Source: Planctopirus limnophila DSM 3776
Lineage (GTDB): Bacteria; Planctomycetota; Planctomycetia; Planctomycetales; Planctomycetaceae
NCBI RefSeq assembly: GCF_000092105.1
Contig: NC_014148.1
Span: 5,190,001-5,222,000, forward strand
DNA: 32,000 bases
Reading direction: 5' to 3'
Shown piece after piece: positions 1 to 9,683 of the stretch. The position numbers were made by a program, and so were the translations under genes. Position 1 is the first letter of the stretch. Every line of letters begins with the position of its first letter. The notes beneath the pieces were generated by a model, which did no database searches, was not told where the DNA came from, and worked only from the letters and a program-made list of their open reading frames with translations.

Positions 1-3000
1 GCGAGACAGGAAGTTCGAAATAGGCATCGATCGTGAGGCGAGTGGTGTCATCGACATTTCGTCGCAGATAGACCTTCAGCTTTCGCGCGGGGTCTTCGCC
101 AGAGAGTTCCCAACTGCCGACATCGGGGCCTGTGACCGATTGAATTTTGAGTGCTGGTGGAACCTGAAGATCGAGTTCAATGACACTTCCCTGCCGGATC
201 AGATACTCAAGCCCGGTGCTCACTTTCAGGCCGCTGTCATCAAACGAGAGAGCGGTCAGTGAATTGAGCGAGACCGTGCGATTGGCCACATTGAGTTCAC
301 CTTCGGGCTGCCAGGAGATTGAAACCTCGTTGTAAGAGCTGAGTGAGACTTCGACCTTTCGTGGCTGGTCGTTACGGGCGGGCGTCTGCCGGAAGCCTGT
401 GGTGGCGCCATTGAGCCGGACGAGCAGACCCTCTTTGGGAAGATTCCAGATCAGTTTCCCACCCGTTGAAGGTTCCAGAAGAATTTGGAACTGGCCAGCC
501 GAGGGGGAAGAATTGCGATCAATAATTGTTTCCAGATCGAGGACATGCAGTCCTTCTCCAGTGATCAGGATTTGCTGCTGCGAATCTTTCGAAACCAGCG
601 GGGCCGCTTTGCCATCCAGTTCCGCCCGGTTCCAGGCCAATTGTTTGAGCGGTAAAGCCATCAATTGAGGAGCGCTGGTTCTCGACAGATAGACCAGCCT
701 GGCCTTCAAGCGGACATCGTGTGTCCACTGGCTCTGGGCGGGTGTGGCTTTTTCGTCTGCAGGAGCTGGTTGTGCTGCTTGTGTGGTATCGGGTGCGGAT
801 TTGACCTGTGGTTTAGGTATGAGATCGACCACTAATGTTGTTTCGGCCAGCCCGCCGGCATGAGGGGCTGCGGCCTTGGGTCGTTTGTCGGGGTTGGCCT
901 TCAAATACAGTTCGAGGTACTTTTCGTAAGGGATGAAGACCTGCTGACTCCCTTCGAGAATCGCGGGGTCGGTGAGATCACCATTCGCCACCGGAATGAC
1001 TGTCTGATTCACAGGAGGCGATGGGGGAAGAGGAGCCATGGCCTTTTGAGCTTCCTGGTCGATTTTTTGAACTTCTTCCTGTGCTAAAAGCGGAGTGACA
1101 CAGGCTGACCAGAGACATAGCCCGACCACAAGGCTCGCCAGTTGACCAGGGCCAGACCATCGAGTTTTGCAGCAACGTGAGAGGCAACTTGTCAGGCAGA
1201 GATCGATCAGCGAGTACAGCGCGACACCCAGCCACACCATCAGTCCCCCGATCATGGCGGCAAACAAACCATCGAGCCAAAGCTGTGCACTGGCGGGAAG
1301 CACGCCACTTAGGCCAATCACGAGGGGAAGACCAATCCCGAGAATCAGCCATTTGCGTGTGGCAGGAAGTTTACGGCAGAACCACGCGATGAGTGCTCCC
1401 ATGCAGAAGAGCCAGCGTCCCCAGAGTGTGATCTCCTGACGGTCAAGATAGGTCAGTTTCAATGAGGCGACTTCTCCGCCATCGAGGCTTTCACCCGTTC
1501 CGACATAACGAAACTCTCGACTGCGGGTACCGGCGGGTGCCTGCCAGTTCAGAGCCAGAGAGAGCCGGGATGTACCCGACTTTACCCCCCAGGATTGATC
1601 AGCACGACCTGTCAATGTTTCGGCTCCTTCGCCAGCAGTCGCAGGACGTGCATCAGGAGTGGGAGTTGCTGGAGTCTTGCTGTCTGACGTTTGATTGCCT
1701 GCTTCTGCAGGAACCGGCATGCCGGCAGCAACCGGCTGCGGCTGGTTCAAAGCCACGGCAGGATCGGTTACGGTGCCGAAAGGTTCTGTAAGTGCGGGTA
1801 AAGGTGTTTCAGCAGTGGGAGCAGGACCGCTCGGAGGCGCGGCAGGTTTGGCACCCGCCCGCAGCATCTTGCGAGATTCTGCGATCTTCTCGCCAGCCTG
1901 TGCTGGAGCGTCAAAAGCCGGGACTAGAGCATCAATATCCGACATAGGTTTACCGTTACTCTCTTCGAGACGCTGCATCGATTTCTCGACAGGTTCAACA
2001 GCGAAACCTTCGACAGCATTGTCGATATAAAAGGAGGTTGCAGGAGCAGCCGTGCGGGAAGCGACCATTCGTCGTTCAGCCAGCCCACCCAGGAAAAACC
2101 AGGGTCCTACGCAGACGACCAGCACCAACCCCAAAGCAAGCAGTCCACCGGCACCGGCACAACCCCAGAAGCCAGCCTTGAACCGGAGATAACAGGCTCC
2201 CGCAGTGAACAGAATCATGAGCCCGGCGACCAGCAATAAGGGAATCAGGCGATCCCAACTGGGTTGTTGGAAGAGTTCTTTTAACCTCGCCAGTTCTCCC
2301 GGCTGATCAAGTGGCGCGGTCGCCTCCAGTAAACCATTCTGCCTGACAAGTAACAGTTTCTCGGGATAATGGACTTCCCACGTCTGCTCGAGCACTTCCA
2401 CGATTTCAAGATCGCTCGATGACGTGACGACATTCAGCACAGGTGTTGTCCCCTCAAATTGGCTGGCCTGTGCCGCTCGACCAGCCGTCGCATGATCTGT
2501 CTCGTAATAAACGACCACCGACCGTTCAGTGCCGCCGACAGCTGAACCTTGCGATGTATTGTTCGCCCCCTCACTTCGACTGCTGAGAGGAACCAGAAAG
2601 CCTCGTGAGGCGAGCCTGGCTTCTACAGCCCGGCCATCAACCATCACCGCCCACAAGCGGCTCCCCTGACCAGGCTGACCTTGATCTCCGGGCAATTGAA
2701 CACTGAGATTCTGCACATTGGCGACCTGCAACAGGAATTCGGCCCGATGCTGCGCAGCACCGACCAGAGGCAAGTGCGTATCGACTTTCAAGCGGCGGCA
2801 GATCGCGCTGGGAAGTGCCGAGCGGTCAAATCGTTGCTCACTCACAACAACCCTGGCTCCTTCGGCCAAAGTTTCGAACAAAGCCACCAGTCGCTCGCGA
2901 GGGACCCACTTGGATGAAGGGAGTTCCAGCAGGTCCGCCTCTTTGAGAGGCGATCCATCAGCCGCCAGGGCATCAATCGATAACTTCTGATCCGGGCTGG

Positions 3001-4768
3001 CTTCGAGAGCGATAAACCCGCTATGGAGTTGAGAATCGAGCACCAGAAGTTCGGGAACTTCAAACTTCTCGACCTCAGGTCTGGGTTGCTCAATCGTCGC
3101 CCAGAGCGTCAAAGCTCCCCGGGCACGTTCCGCGAACCGCAGGATCCACAATCTGCGACCTTTAACAACCGGGCCGTCCTGTTGCTGGACGATCCGTCCG
3201 CCAGCACCTGCCAGTGAGAAGCGCAGATCAGTTCCGACACTTTCCGGCAATGTCAGCATCAGTCCGCGAACACCACCACCTTGAACTTCAACTCGCACCG
3301 AAACAAATGAGGAGATCGACTGCTGATCGAGTCTCCAGCCGGTGAGACCTTTCGTGATCCAGCGGGAAGGCTGCCTCGAAATGTTCAAGCCAGCCTTCCA
3401 GTTATTAACCTGTGACTGCAGCCTGAGTCGCTCGTCTTCCGCTTTGAGTGGTGCCAGATCAATCGCCACGAGATCGCGAGCAGTGACATCAAGATCTTCA
3501 TCCGCACGAACTACGACAGCCGTCTCTGTGAGAGTGGCGTCGGCGATTGGTAACGAAGGTAAGACCAGCGAGACGGGAGCGTTTTCTTCGACCGGCCAGT
3601 TTTCGACAAGCTGCCTGGCTGAGAATCGGATCGATCTTCGCTCACCCGGAAGTAATGGTTTATCGAGGGCCACACGAATGCGATTGATCCCTGCATCACC
3701 AGGGATCGTCTGCCAGGTTAACCCCTGACCTTCGGCAGTGCTGGCCTGCAGCAATTTCCATTCAGCAGGAAGATCGAATTCGAGATCAAACAGCGAGACA
3801 TACCGGGTTTCAACCATCGTACTGGCCGTGAGTTCAATCCCACGGGAAGTGATTTCGACAACCATAGCGACCGCTGTGTTGAGTTCGCGGGCTTTGGGTT
3901 CAGTCATGAGGTTTAAGTCAAAATCTTCCCGCCAGACTTCAAACTCGATGGAAGAAAATGAGTTGTTATCGCCTGGTGAGTTATTGGCAGCAGGAGCGGG
4001 GTTTTTGGGAGTGACAGAAAGACCTTCCGAGCGGCGCACTCCGTTTTCTTCTAATGTTCGTAAGCGGACTTCCTGCGGATGACGCACGATGAGTTGCCCG
4101 ATATGACTGGTGGCTCCATCGATCTTAAGTGGTGGTACCGACCAGGCTTCACCCACTTGTGTGGGCATGACGCCACGAACTGTCAACGTGCGCTGACCTT
4201 CAAATGGTTGCGAGAAGACCAGTGACATTTTTGTGCGCTCGGGATTCGCCGGGTCATCGGAGAGTGTCCACGCTTCGAGGCCTGTCGATTCGATGGCAGC
4301 GACTTCAAGCTTTGATGGGACAGACAATTCGAGTCGATCAATCGAGCGGCCAAAAACCTGCAGGCTGGTCAAGGCCTGCCAGGAGACTTCACCGGGACTG
4401 CTGACAAGACCATAGGCTGTGCTGGCAAAGAGCAGAGCGTCGGTCGCTTTGGCTTCTGCTCGTTCGGTAAGACGCCATTGAAAGCGGCCCTGCCCGCCAA
4501 AGGGGAGGCGATACTCATTCGCTTCGGCGAGTGGTTTCAGGCGATCCAGGGTCATGCCAGAAGAAACGAGTTGTTTCTTCGGTGGAACAGTCACCACGAT
4601 CTCCCCGGCAGGGACAGGTGGCAGCACAAAGGCCGCGACCTGATCACTTCCTGCATTGACCAGAGGTGTCGTTAATTGCAGTTCTAAATGATGAGTGCCG
4701 ACTTCATTGGTCAGGAGCTGCAGAGGTGGAGCGGGCAGTCGAACCGATTTTTGTTGAGTTTTGACCAT
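1..4768 (-). CDS. Partial CDS in a very long minus-strand open frame (open from 4903 to the left window edge; first ATG at 4768). It encodes the body of a large secreted/membrane-anchored protein (paralog 2 of the 5501-9022 protein). From about 1130 it continues in frame into a signal-peptide-like segment and the N-terminal region of a third paralog. The 3' end lies beyond the window.
   Basis: I scanned the plus-strand triplets starting at positions 2, 5, 8 and so on, up to 4903, and found no tta/cta/tca (minus-strand stops). The nearest upstream stop is the tca at 4904-4906. The translation looks like protein throughout and matches the architecture of the 1173-aa neighbour, for example C-terminal TM helices ending in ...SRCCKTR versus ...NCCRPGK. 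The ORF is absent from the track only because it has no stop in the window. Confidence 0.65.
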   Translation of the reverse strand, partial: MVKTQQKSVRLPAPPLQLLTNEVGTHHLELQLTTPLVNAGSDQVAAFVLPPVPAGEIVVTVPPKKQLVSSGMTLDRLKPLAEANEYRLPFGGQGRFQWRLTERAEAKATDALLFASTAYGLVSSPGEVSWQALTSLQVFGRSIDRLELSVPSKLEVAAIESTGLEAWTLSDDPANPERTKMSLVFSQPFEGQRTLTVRGVMPTQVGEAWSVPPLKIDGATSHIGQLIVRHPQEVRLRTLEENGVRRSEGLSVTPKNPAPAANNSPGDNNSFSSIEFEVWREDFDLNLMTEPKARELNTAVAMVVEITSRGIELTASTMVETRYVSLFDLEFDLPAEWKLLQASTAEGQGLTWQTIPGDAGINRIRVALDKPLLPGERRSIRFSARQLVENWPVEENAPVSLVLPSLPIADATLTETAVVVRADEDLDVTARDLVAIDLAPLKAEDERLRLQSQVNNWKAGLNISRQPSRWITKGLTGWRLDQQSISSFVSVRVEVQGGGVRGLMLTLPESVGTDLRFSLAGAGGRIVQQQDGPVVKGRRLWILRFAERARGALTLWATIEQPRPEVEKFEVPELLVLDSQLHSGFIALEASPDQKLSIDALAADGSPLKEADLLELPSSKWVPRERLVALFETLAEGARVVVSEQRFDRSALPSAICRRLKVDTHLPLVGAAQHRAEFLLQVANVQNLSVQLPGDQGQPGQGSRLWAVMVDGRAVEARLASRGFLVPLSSRSEGANNTSQGSAVGGTERSVVVYYETDHATAGRAAQASQFEGTTPVLNVVTSSSDLEIVEVLEQTWEVHYPEKLLLVRQNGLLEATAPLDQPGELARLKELFQQPSWDRLIPLLLVAGLMILFTAGACYLRFKAGFWGCAGAGGLLALGLVLVVCVGPWFFLGGLAERRMVASRTAAPATSFYIDNAVEGFAVEPVEKSMQRLEESNGKPMSDIDALVPAFDAPAQAGEKIAESRKMLRAGAKPAAPPSGPAPTAETPLPALTEPFGTVTDPAVALNQPQPVAAGMPVPAEAGNQTSDSKTPATPTPDARPATAGEGAETLTGRADQSWGVKSGTSRLSLALNWQAPAGTRSREFRYVGTGESLDGGEVASLKLTYLDRQEITLWGRWLFCMGALIAWFCRKLPATRKWLILGIGLPLVIGLSGVLPASAQLWLDGLFAAMIGGLMVWLGVALYSLIDLCLTSCLSRCCKTRWSGPGQLASLVVGLCLWSACVTPLLAQEEVQKIDQEAQKAMAPLPPSPPVNQTVIPVANGDLTDPAILEGSQQVFIPYEKYLELYLKANPDKRPKAAAPHAGGLAETTLVVDLIPKPQVKSAPDTTQAAQPAPADEKATPAQSQWTHDVRLKARLVYLSRTSAPQLMALPLKQLAWNRAELDGKAAPLVSKDSQQQILITGEGLHVLDLETIIDRNSSPSAGQFQILLEPSTGGKLIWNLPKEGLLVRLNGATTGFRQTPARNDQPRKVEVSLSSYNEVSISWQPEGELNVANRTVSLNSLTALSFDDSGLKVSTGLEYLIRQGSVIELDLQVPPALKIQSVTGPDVGSWELSGEDPARKLKVYLRRNVDDTTRLTIDAYFELPVS

Positions 4769-4844
4769 GGGCTGGATTTCGAACGCAGGCCGATAGAGTG
4801 GTGCCGGTTCTCCATCCAGCCGAGCGGAGTCGATGGAAAGACGT

Positions 4845-5252
4845 TCAAGCCCGGGGAATCTTCCATTCAGCCCAGCCGGGGGTGAGTTGTTCGAGTTCGA
4901 GCTTCAGGTTGATGACGAGGACAGTCCCTTCGATGGTGGCCACGGCCGTGCCACTGGTGATCACCTGATGGACCGGCGGAGTGGGGGAGTTGTTTTTGAT
5001 CTGTGCTCTTTTGAGCAGTGCTTCGTAGTCATCGCGTGAGAGCAGGACACCTCGCTTTTGAGATTCAAGCACGGCCTGCAGATCTGCCAGAGGGACAAAT
5101 ACTTCTCGTCGGATGCTGGGTGATTCACCACTTTCGACAGAAACGTTCTGTACTGGTCGATTGGTGGGGGGCTGTGCCTGTGCCCGCTGTGGTGAACTCA
5201 AGCCGCACACCATGCACAGCAGAGCAGCCATGAGCCGACAGATATCGTTCAT
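4845..5252 (-). pseudogene. N-terminal fragment of the paralog-2 large protein (signal peptide plus about 130 aa). A 1-nt frame shift cuts it off from the long downstream open frame.
   Basis: This is track ORF 4845-5351. The likely start is the ATG at 5252 (MNDICRLMAALLCMVCGLSSPQRAQAQ, signal-peptide-like). The sequence ...FVPLADLQAVL...GWAEWKIP parallels the N-terminus of the 5501-9022 protein. It ends at the TGA at 4845-4847, immediately after a CCCCGGG run, and the homologous sequence continues in another frame. Confidence 0.55.
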
Positions 5253-5500
5253 GAAGAAGTATCGACCCTGCTCAACAGGCGAAGTCTTCGTGCGGAGATT
5301 GAAGGTGATGAGTGACATCAGTTTATTCCTGCCAGAATCTGGCTCAGTCATTTCGCAGAATCAACAACATCTCTGGAAGCATCGGTATCGATTATCGCTG
5401 GTCACTCGGAGTTCTCTGCCCAGCGGAAACTGCTCTCTTTCGTTCACGGCATTCGATGAAGAACGATTCTGAACCTCGGAGAGCGATATGAACTGAGGAA

Positions 5501-8500
5501 TTAACTCTGATTTTCGCCCGTTGGATTCTGTGAAGGTGGCTCCTCCGGCTTGCTGGAAGTCGCGGATGAGGCATCTCCAGTGGACACGGCGAGTGGCTCT
5601 TCGACTTTGGTCTTTACAACAGGTTGCTCAAGTGGAACCTCGACCGGTTTTGGCTTTCCAGGACGACAGCAGTTGACAATGCTGGCGACCAGCCAGATCA
5701 GCACCATGGCCACGAGGCCGAAGAACATGGCCGCGACGATGTGTAAGACCAGATCGGCATCGGCAATGGCACTGGCAGCAGCAATGGTGGCCGCCAGAAG
5801 GAGCACGGTCAGTTTGTTTTCCAGCGGCGTTCGCCTGAGGAGCAAAGCGACCACAATCAGCACGATGGTGGCGATCCAGGTGTAGAAGGGTAGTCGCCAC
5901 CAGACAACGGTGATTTCGTTTCCGCTACCGAGTCGACTGTAAAGTGTGCCGCGACCTTCGCGTGGAAAATCGAACATGCCACTGGCGGTCTGTCCAATCC
6001 ATTCATCCAGCCCTTCCAGACCTCGTGAGTTTAGTGGCGAGGCCAGGATCAGATCGTTGAATTTCCTGCGTGTTTCGAGTGTGTAGCCTGTGGGTGAGCT
6101 GACGAGTGAAAACTCCTGTGGCACCCAGACAGCGACTCGCGATTGCTGAGTAACAATTCCCTGGGCATCGAGGCCTCCCCAGACAGGCATTCTCAAGAGG
6201 AGTTTACCTCCATTGCTGCCGAATGGTGCCGGTGAGAGTGGTAAGCGGTAGAGAATCGTCACATGAAACAGTTCATCGGCACCGCTGGCGCGTGCCACGT
6301 TGATAAAGTGAGTCGTGTAAGGTCCTTTGTCGCTGGCACCTGGTGTTTTTTCGAGAGCGACAGGCCGATCACCCATGGCTGCTCCCAGAGGCTGGGCATC
6401 GCCTGGTAAATCGATCCGCAGTCGCTGACGTTCACTGCTTTTTATAGCGTAACGGGCCCGGCCCGTGACGACACCGGCTTTATCCACGACGATTTCGACC
6501 AGGCTGCGAGAGATGACCGTTTGAACCACACCCTGCACATCGAGTTTGCTGGCTTTCAAACTGACTTCCACAGGCTGGCGGAAGTACCGAAAAGCAGCAA
6601 AGCCTTCGGGAACAGGCGTCGTCAATTCGCGAGTGTCGATGCTTTCGACATCGCCACCGCTGGCGACGGCATCGACTGCCAGAGCCCGGTCTTTCGTCAC
6701 GACAACTTCACCCACAATCCGCGTGAGTGGAACTGTCGTCGCGACAACAGGCGAGGCAGGTTTGTTCCCGACTTCTTCGGTTTTGGCAGCTTCTGCTTGC
6801 GCAGGACTGTTCTTGCCAGATTCTGACGAGGCATTTCTGCCCGATTCAGGGAGTGGGGAATCGATCAACCGGACGAGCCCCAGAGTCGCGGATTCTTCCG
6901 GAGGAGTTCCTGCCTGGGGAGTCACATCAAAGGTGACAACAAAGGTCTGGCGGCCCAGAACTTCACGCTGTAGGACGACCGTCCAGGTGACCCAGCCATC
7001 GACTGCTTTTTCTTCCCGGCTTTGTTGTTTGATCGGCGCATCAGCCGTGGAAGTAATCTGCACACTGCTGGCAACACTTTCGGGAACCTGAAAACGGAAG
7101 GTCGAGAGCCCTGCAAATTCCACGAGATAGCCAATGGTGGTTTGTGAACTGACTTGCCCCTGGCGGACATCGAGACGAGTGGTGACTTGAGCCGTTAATC
7201 GAGAAGGTTTACGAACTGTAGAAACAGGAATGACAACGGGCCTCTGCTGATAGCGCCAGGCAGAAACGAGGCGGGCGTTGCCAGTTTGTGACGGAGCAAC
7301 CGCAGGATCTGGCTGTGCCGAGATGACCTTCTCGGTTTCTGTAATCACTTCCATCGCTTCGGGGGCAAAAACGACCACCTGTCCATTTTCAACTTCAGCA
7401 CCACGCGGCTCGATCAGGGGGAGATTCCGGGCAGCTGAAGCGGAGGCCCAGGGGACAAAACCATTGATGGTGAGATTGATCTGTCCGAGCCGCTTTTCAG
7501 TGAACTGGACAACGAGTTCACGGGTGGTCTCGTTGACATCGAACTGCTTCATCCCCGTCGCGACGACGTTTTCGACAGTCAGTCCTTCGGGCAAACCGAA
7601 TCGCAATTCAAAGACACCGGCACGCTCGACCAGATAGTCGAGCGAGGCATTCAAACGGAGCTGATCATCGCGGAAGATTAACTGGGAGTTATGATTCACG
7701 ACCAGTCGAGGTTCGACAGGCCGGGCGCGCAATTCGAGTTCAAATTCGGGTGAGAAATAGCGGAAATAAGTGGCTCCTGGCGTTCGAATCGAGGGAGCAG
7801 CCCCGGCTTCATCGGTCCGTTGCAGACCACGCTGCAGTTCGACCGTCAGGTTGACATCGGGCCCGGCATGCAGCGCCAACTGACCACTTTCGCGTAAGAC
7901 ACTCAGAGCATGAATGCCGCGGGATTGTTGATCGACGATCCCGGCAACAAAGAAGTTTTCGGCAGGGACGGATCGCTCGGTATGCACCTGGATCGTGGCT
8001 GGCTTATCGACTCGACCCAGCAGTTCGACCGAGATGATCTGTTGTTCGCCTTCTTTGGAGAGTTTCCATTCGCGAAGGCGCACGTCGGAGGTGACATCGA
8101 GAACCCGATGATCTGCAGGAACCGCGATTCGTAAAGACGCCAGTTGTCCGCGAAGAATGTCGTATTTGAGCTGGGCGTGCGTGTGGATAAGCCCATCTTG
8201 AACCTGCACGCTGGTAAGGTTGGTGACACTGGCCAGCAGTTCCATATCGGGCCGGGAACCGACTCGTGGATGCCAGTTGACCTTCAGTTGTTCGACAGTT
8301 CCAAGATCTGCTCGAATACGCGTTTCTTTGGAACCAGGAGCGGTGGGGAGCAATTCGAGTGCGGCGGCTGGTGCCAGCTCGACGACCTGGTCGGCTTCGG
8401 GAATCGTCAGTTCGAGACTGCTGATCCCGGCATTTGGAAGTTGCATTTCAAATCGTCGTCCGTCGGGCGAGACACTCACTTTGGTGACGACTTCGAATTG

Positions 8501-9022
8501 CACCACATGTTCGCCGGCTTCCGGCATGAGCAGCGCGAGTTTGCCCTGGCCCAAACCTTGAAGGAGAACTCGATTGGTGCTGGATGAGACTTTGCCGACC
8601 GCTGCATCGCCGAATGAAATCGGCAAAACGGCCCAGCCCTGATTCAGAGAGAGCACCTTCAATTGCACATTCAGTCGGACGGCTTCTTTCTCGACTTTGG
8701 CGGTGTATCGAGCTTCGGAGATGACTGCCGGGACAGGTGGCTTTTCGCCTGGCTTCAAACTCTGCTGATGAGCTTTGTTCCAGAGTTCGAGATATTCTGA
8801 AAGTGGTAATGCAATCGTGGCGTCATTTTTCCCGAAGACCTGCTTGAGGTTTTGATAAGGGATGTAGATCCACCGCTGAACCAGTTCCTGATTGGCAGGT
8901 GAGGCGGCTGGTGGCCGCGTGGTGCTCTCCTCCTGGGCGAATACCATTGTGGCTGGTGACAGGGCCAAGGCCAGCAAAGCCATCATCAGACGAATAACAG
9001 TCAATGGCGAGGAGGAGCGCAT
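5501..9022 (-). CDS. Large secreted protein, 1173 aa, with an N-terminal signal peptide and C-terminal transmembrane helices. Family not recognised. It is paralog 1 of the tandem array.
   Basis: A single long ORF. The N-terminus MRSSSPLTVIRLMMALLALALSPATMVFAQEE is signal-peptide-like. There are hydrophobic helices near the C-terminus (FYTWIATIVLIVVALLL, LLLAATIAAASAI, FFGLVAMVLIWLVASIV) and a Pro/Glu-rich tail. Confidence 0.85.
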   Translation of the reverse strand: MRSSSPLTVIRLMMALLALALSPATMVFAQEESTTRPPAASPANQELVQRWIYIPYQNLKQVFGKNDATIALPLSEYLELWNKAHQQSLKPGEKPPVPAVISEARYTAKVEKEAVRLNVQLKVLSLNQGWAVLPISFGDAAVGKVSSSTNRVLLQGLGQGKLALLMPEAGEHVVQFEVVTKVSVSPDGRRFEMQLPNAGISSLELTIPEADQVVELAPAAALELLPTAPGSKETRIRADLGTVEQLKVNWHPRVGSRPDMELLASVTNLTSVQVQDGLIHTHAQLKYDILRGQLASLRIAVPADHRVLDVTSDVRLREWKLSKEGEQQIISVELLGRVDKPATIQVHTERSVPAENFFVAGIVDQQSRGIHALSVLRESGQLALHAGPDVNLTVELQRGLQRTDEAGAAPSIRTPGATYFRYFSPEFELELRARPVEPRLVVNHNSQLIFRDDQLRLNASLDYLVERAGVFELRFGLPEGLTVENVVATGMKQFDVNETTRELVVQFTEKRLGQINLTINGFVPWASASAARNLPLIEPRGAEVENGQVVVFAPEAMEVITETEKVISAQPDPAVAPSQTGNARLVSAWRYQQRPVVIPVSTVRKPSRLTAQVTTRLDVRQGQVSSQTTIGYLVEFAGLSTFRFQVPESVASSVQITSTADAPIKQQSREEKAVDGWVTWTVVLQREVLGRQTFVVTFDVTPQAGTPPEESATLGLVRLIDSPLPESGRNASSESGKNSPAQAEAAKTEEVGNKPASPVVATTVPLTRIVGEVVVTKDRALAVDAVASGGDVESIDTRELTTPVPEGFAAFRYFRQPVEVSLKASKLDVQGVVQTVISRSLVEIVVDKAGVVTGRARYAIKSSERQRLRIDLPGDAQPLGAAMGDRPVALEKTPGASDKGPYTTHFINVARASGADELFHVTILYRLPLSPAPFGSNGGKLLLRMPVWGGLDAQGIVTQQSRVAVWVPQEFSLVSSPTGYTLETRRKFNDLILASPLNSRGLEGLDEWIGQTASGMFDFPREGRGTLYSRLGSGNEITVVWWRLPFYTWIATIVLIVVALLLRRTPLENKLTVLLLAATIAAASAIADADLVLHIVAAMFFGLVAMVLIWLVASIVNCCRPGKPKPVEVPLEQPVVKTKVEEPLAVSTGDASSATSSKPEEPPSQNPTGENQS

Positions 9023-9470
9023 GGCAGACTTTCTGCGAAATCAACAGCTTCTCCTGTGAGGAAAAGCTTATGGATGGGTCAATTAAGGGAAATACGCTGT
9101 TTGCGCCACTGGTGGCATTGATGTCAAAGATAGCGATTACACACATTGCGGAACATGGTTTGTCTCACAATCGCAAAGACGACTGGGGCAGAAATTCTTT
9201 GGCCGCTGTACCGGCTGATCGATGCGTCTCGCGTGAACGGGTGCCGAAGGGCACTTCATGAAGTGAGTGTTTCAGACGTAACAGACAATTTTATAGTACT
9301 TTGCGTCATTTTTGATCAGGTTGATGTCATACGCCAAGCAGGCATTCGCTGCGTGCGTGCATCTGTGACGCGCGGATCAGCTGACAAAACTCCAGAGATT
9401 TTGCCGCTTCAATACAGATTTCCGAAAATTGATGCGTTGGTAGCAAACTCGCGGACCCAATCACTCAGCT

Positions 9471-9505
9471 GCATCAAACTGTTGCGCCGCGCGACAGTTT
9501 GATGC
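9471..9505. repeat. Perfect 12-bp inverted repeat (gcatcaaactgt / acagtttgatgc) with an 11-nt GC-rich loop. It lies in the 660-nt divergent intergenic region.
   Basis: Read directly from the sequence. The arms are 9471-9482 and 9494-9505, and the loop tgcgccgcgcg is 9483-9493. Confidence 0.7.
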
Positions 9506-9683
9506 AAAGACTTAATCCATGTCGCTTTGAAGATCATGCCGCGGGGATGCCGTTTGACACAACCTCATGATGTGCAATTGGTTAGTGATTTTGGATATCC
9601 GTGGCATCAAAGCTGCTACTTGAGACTGACAAATGTCGAGTGGCGGCTTTGTACCGTCCTGAGTTCGTAAGTTTTGTCAGAAG

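Noticed and set aside
399-5039. Numerous plus-strand ORFs of 60-130 aa across the first 5 kb of the ORF track.
   Set aside because: They lie antisense to a 4.9-kb uninterrupted minus-strand coding frame. Their translations are Arg/Ser/Cys-rich and low in complexity, which is typical of shadow ORFs in GC-rich DNA.
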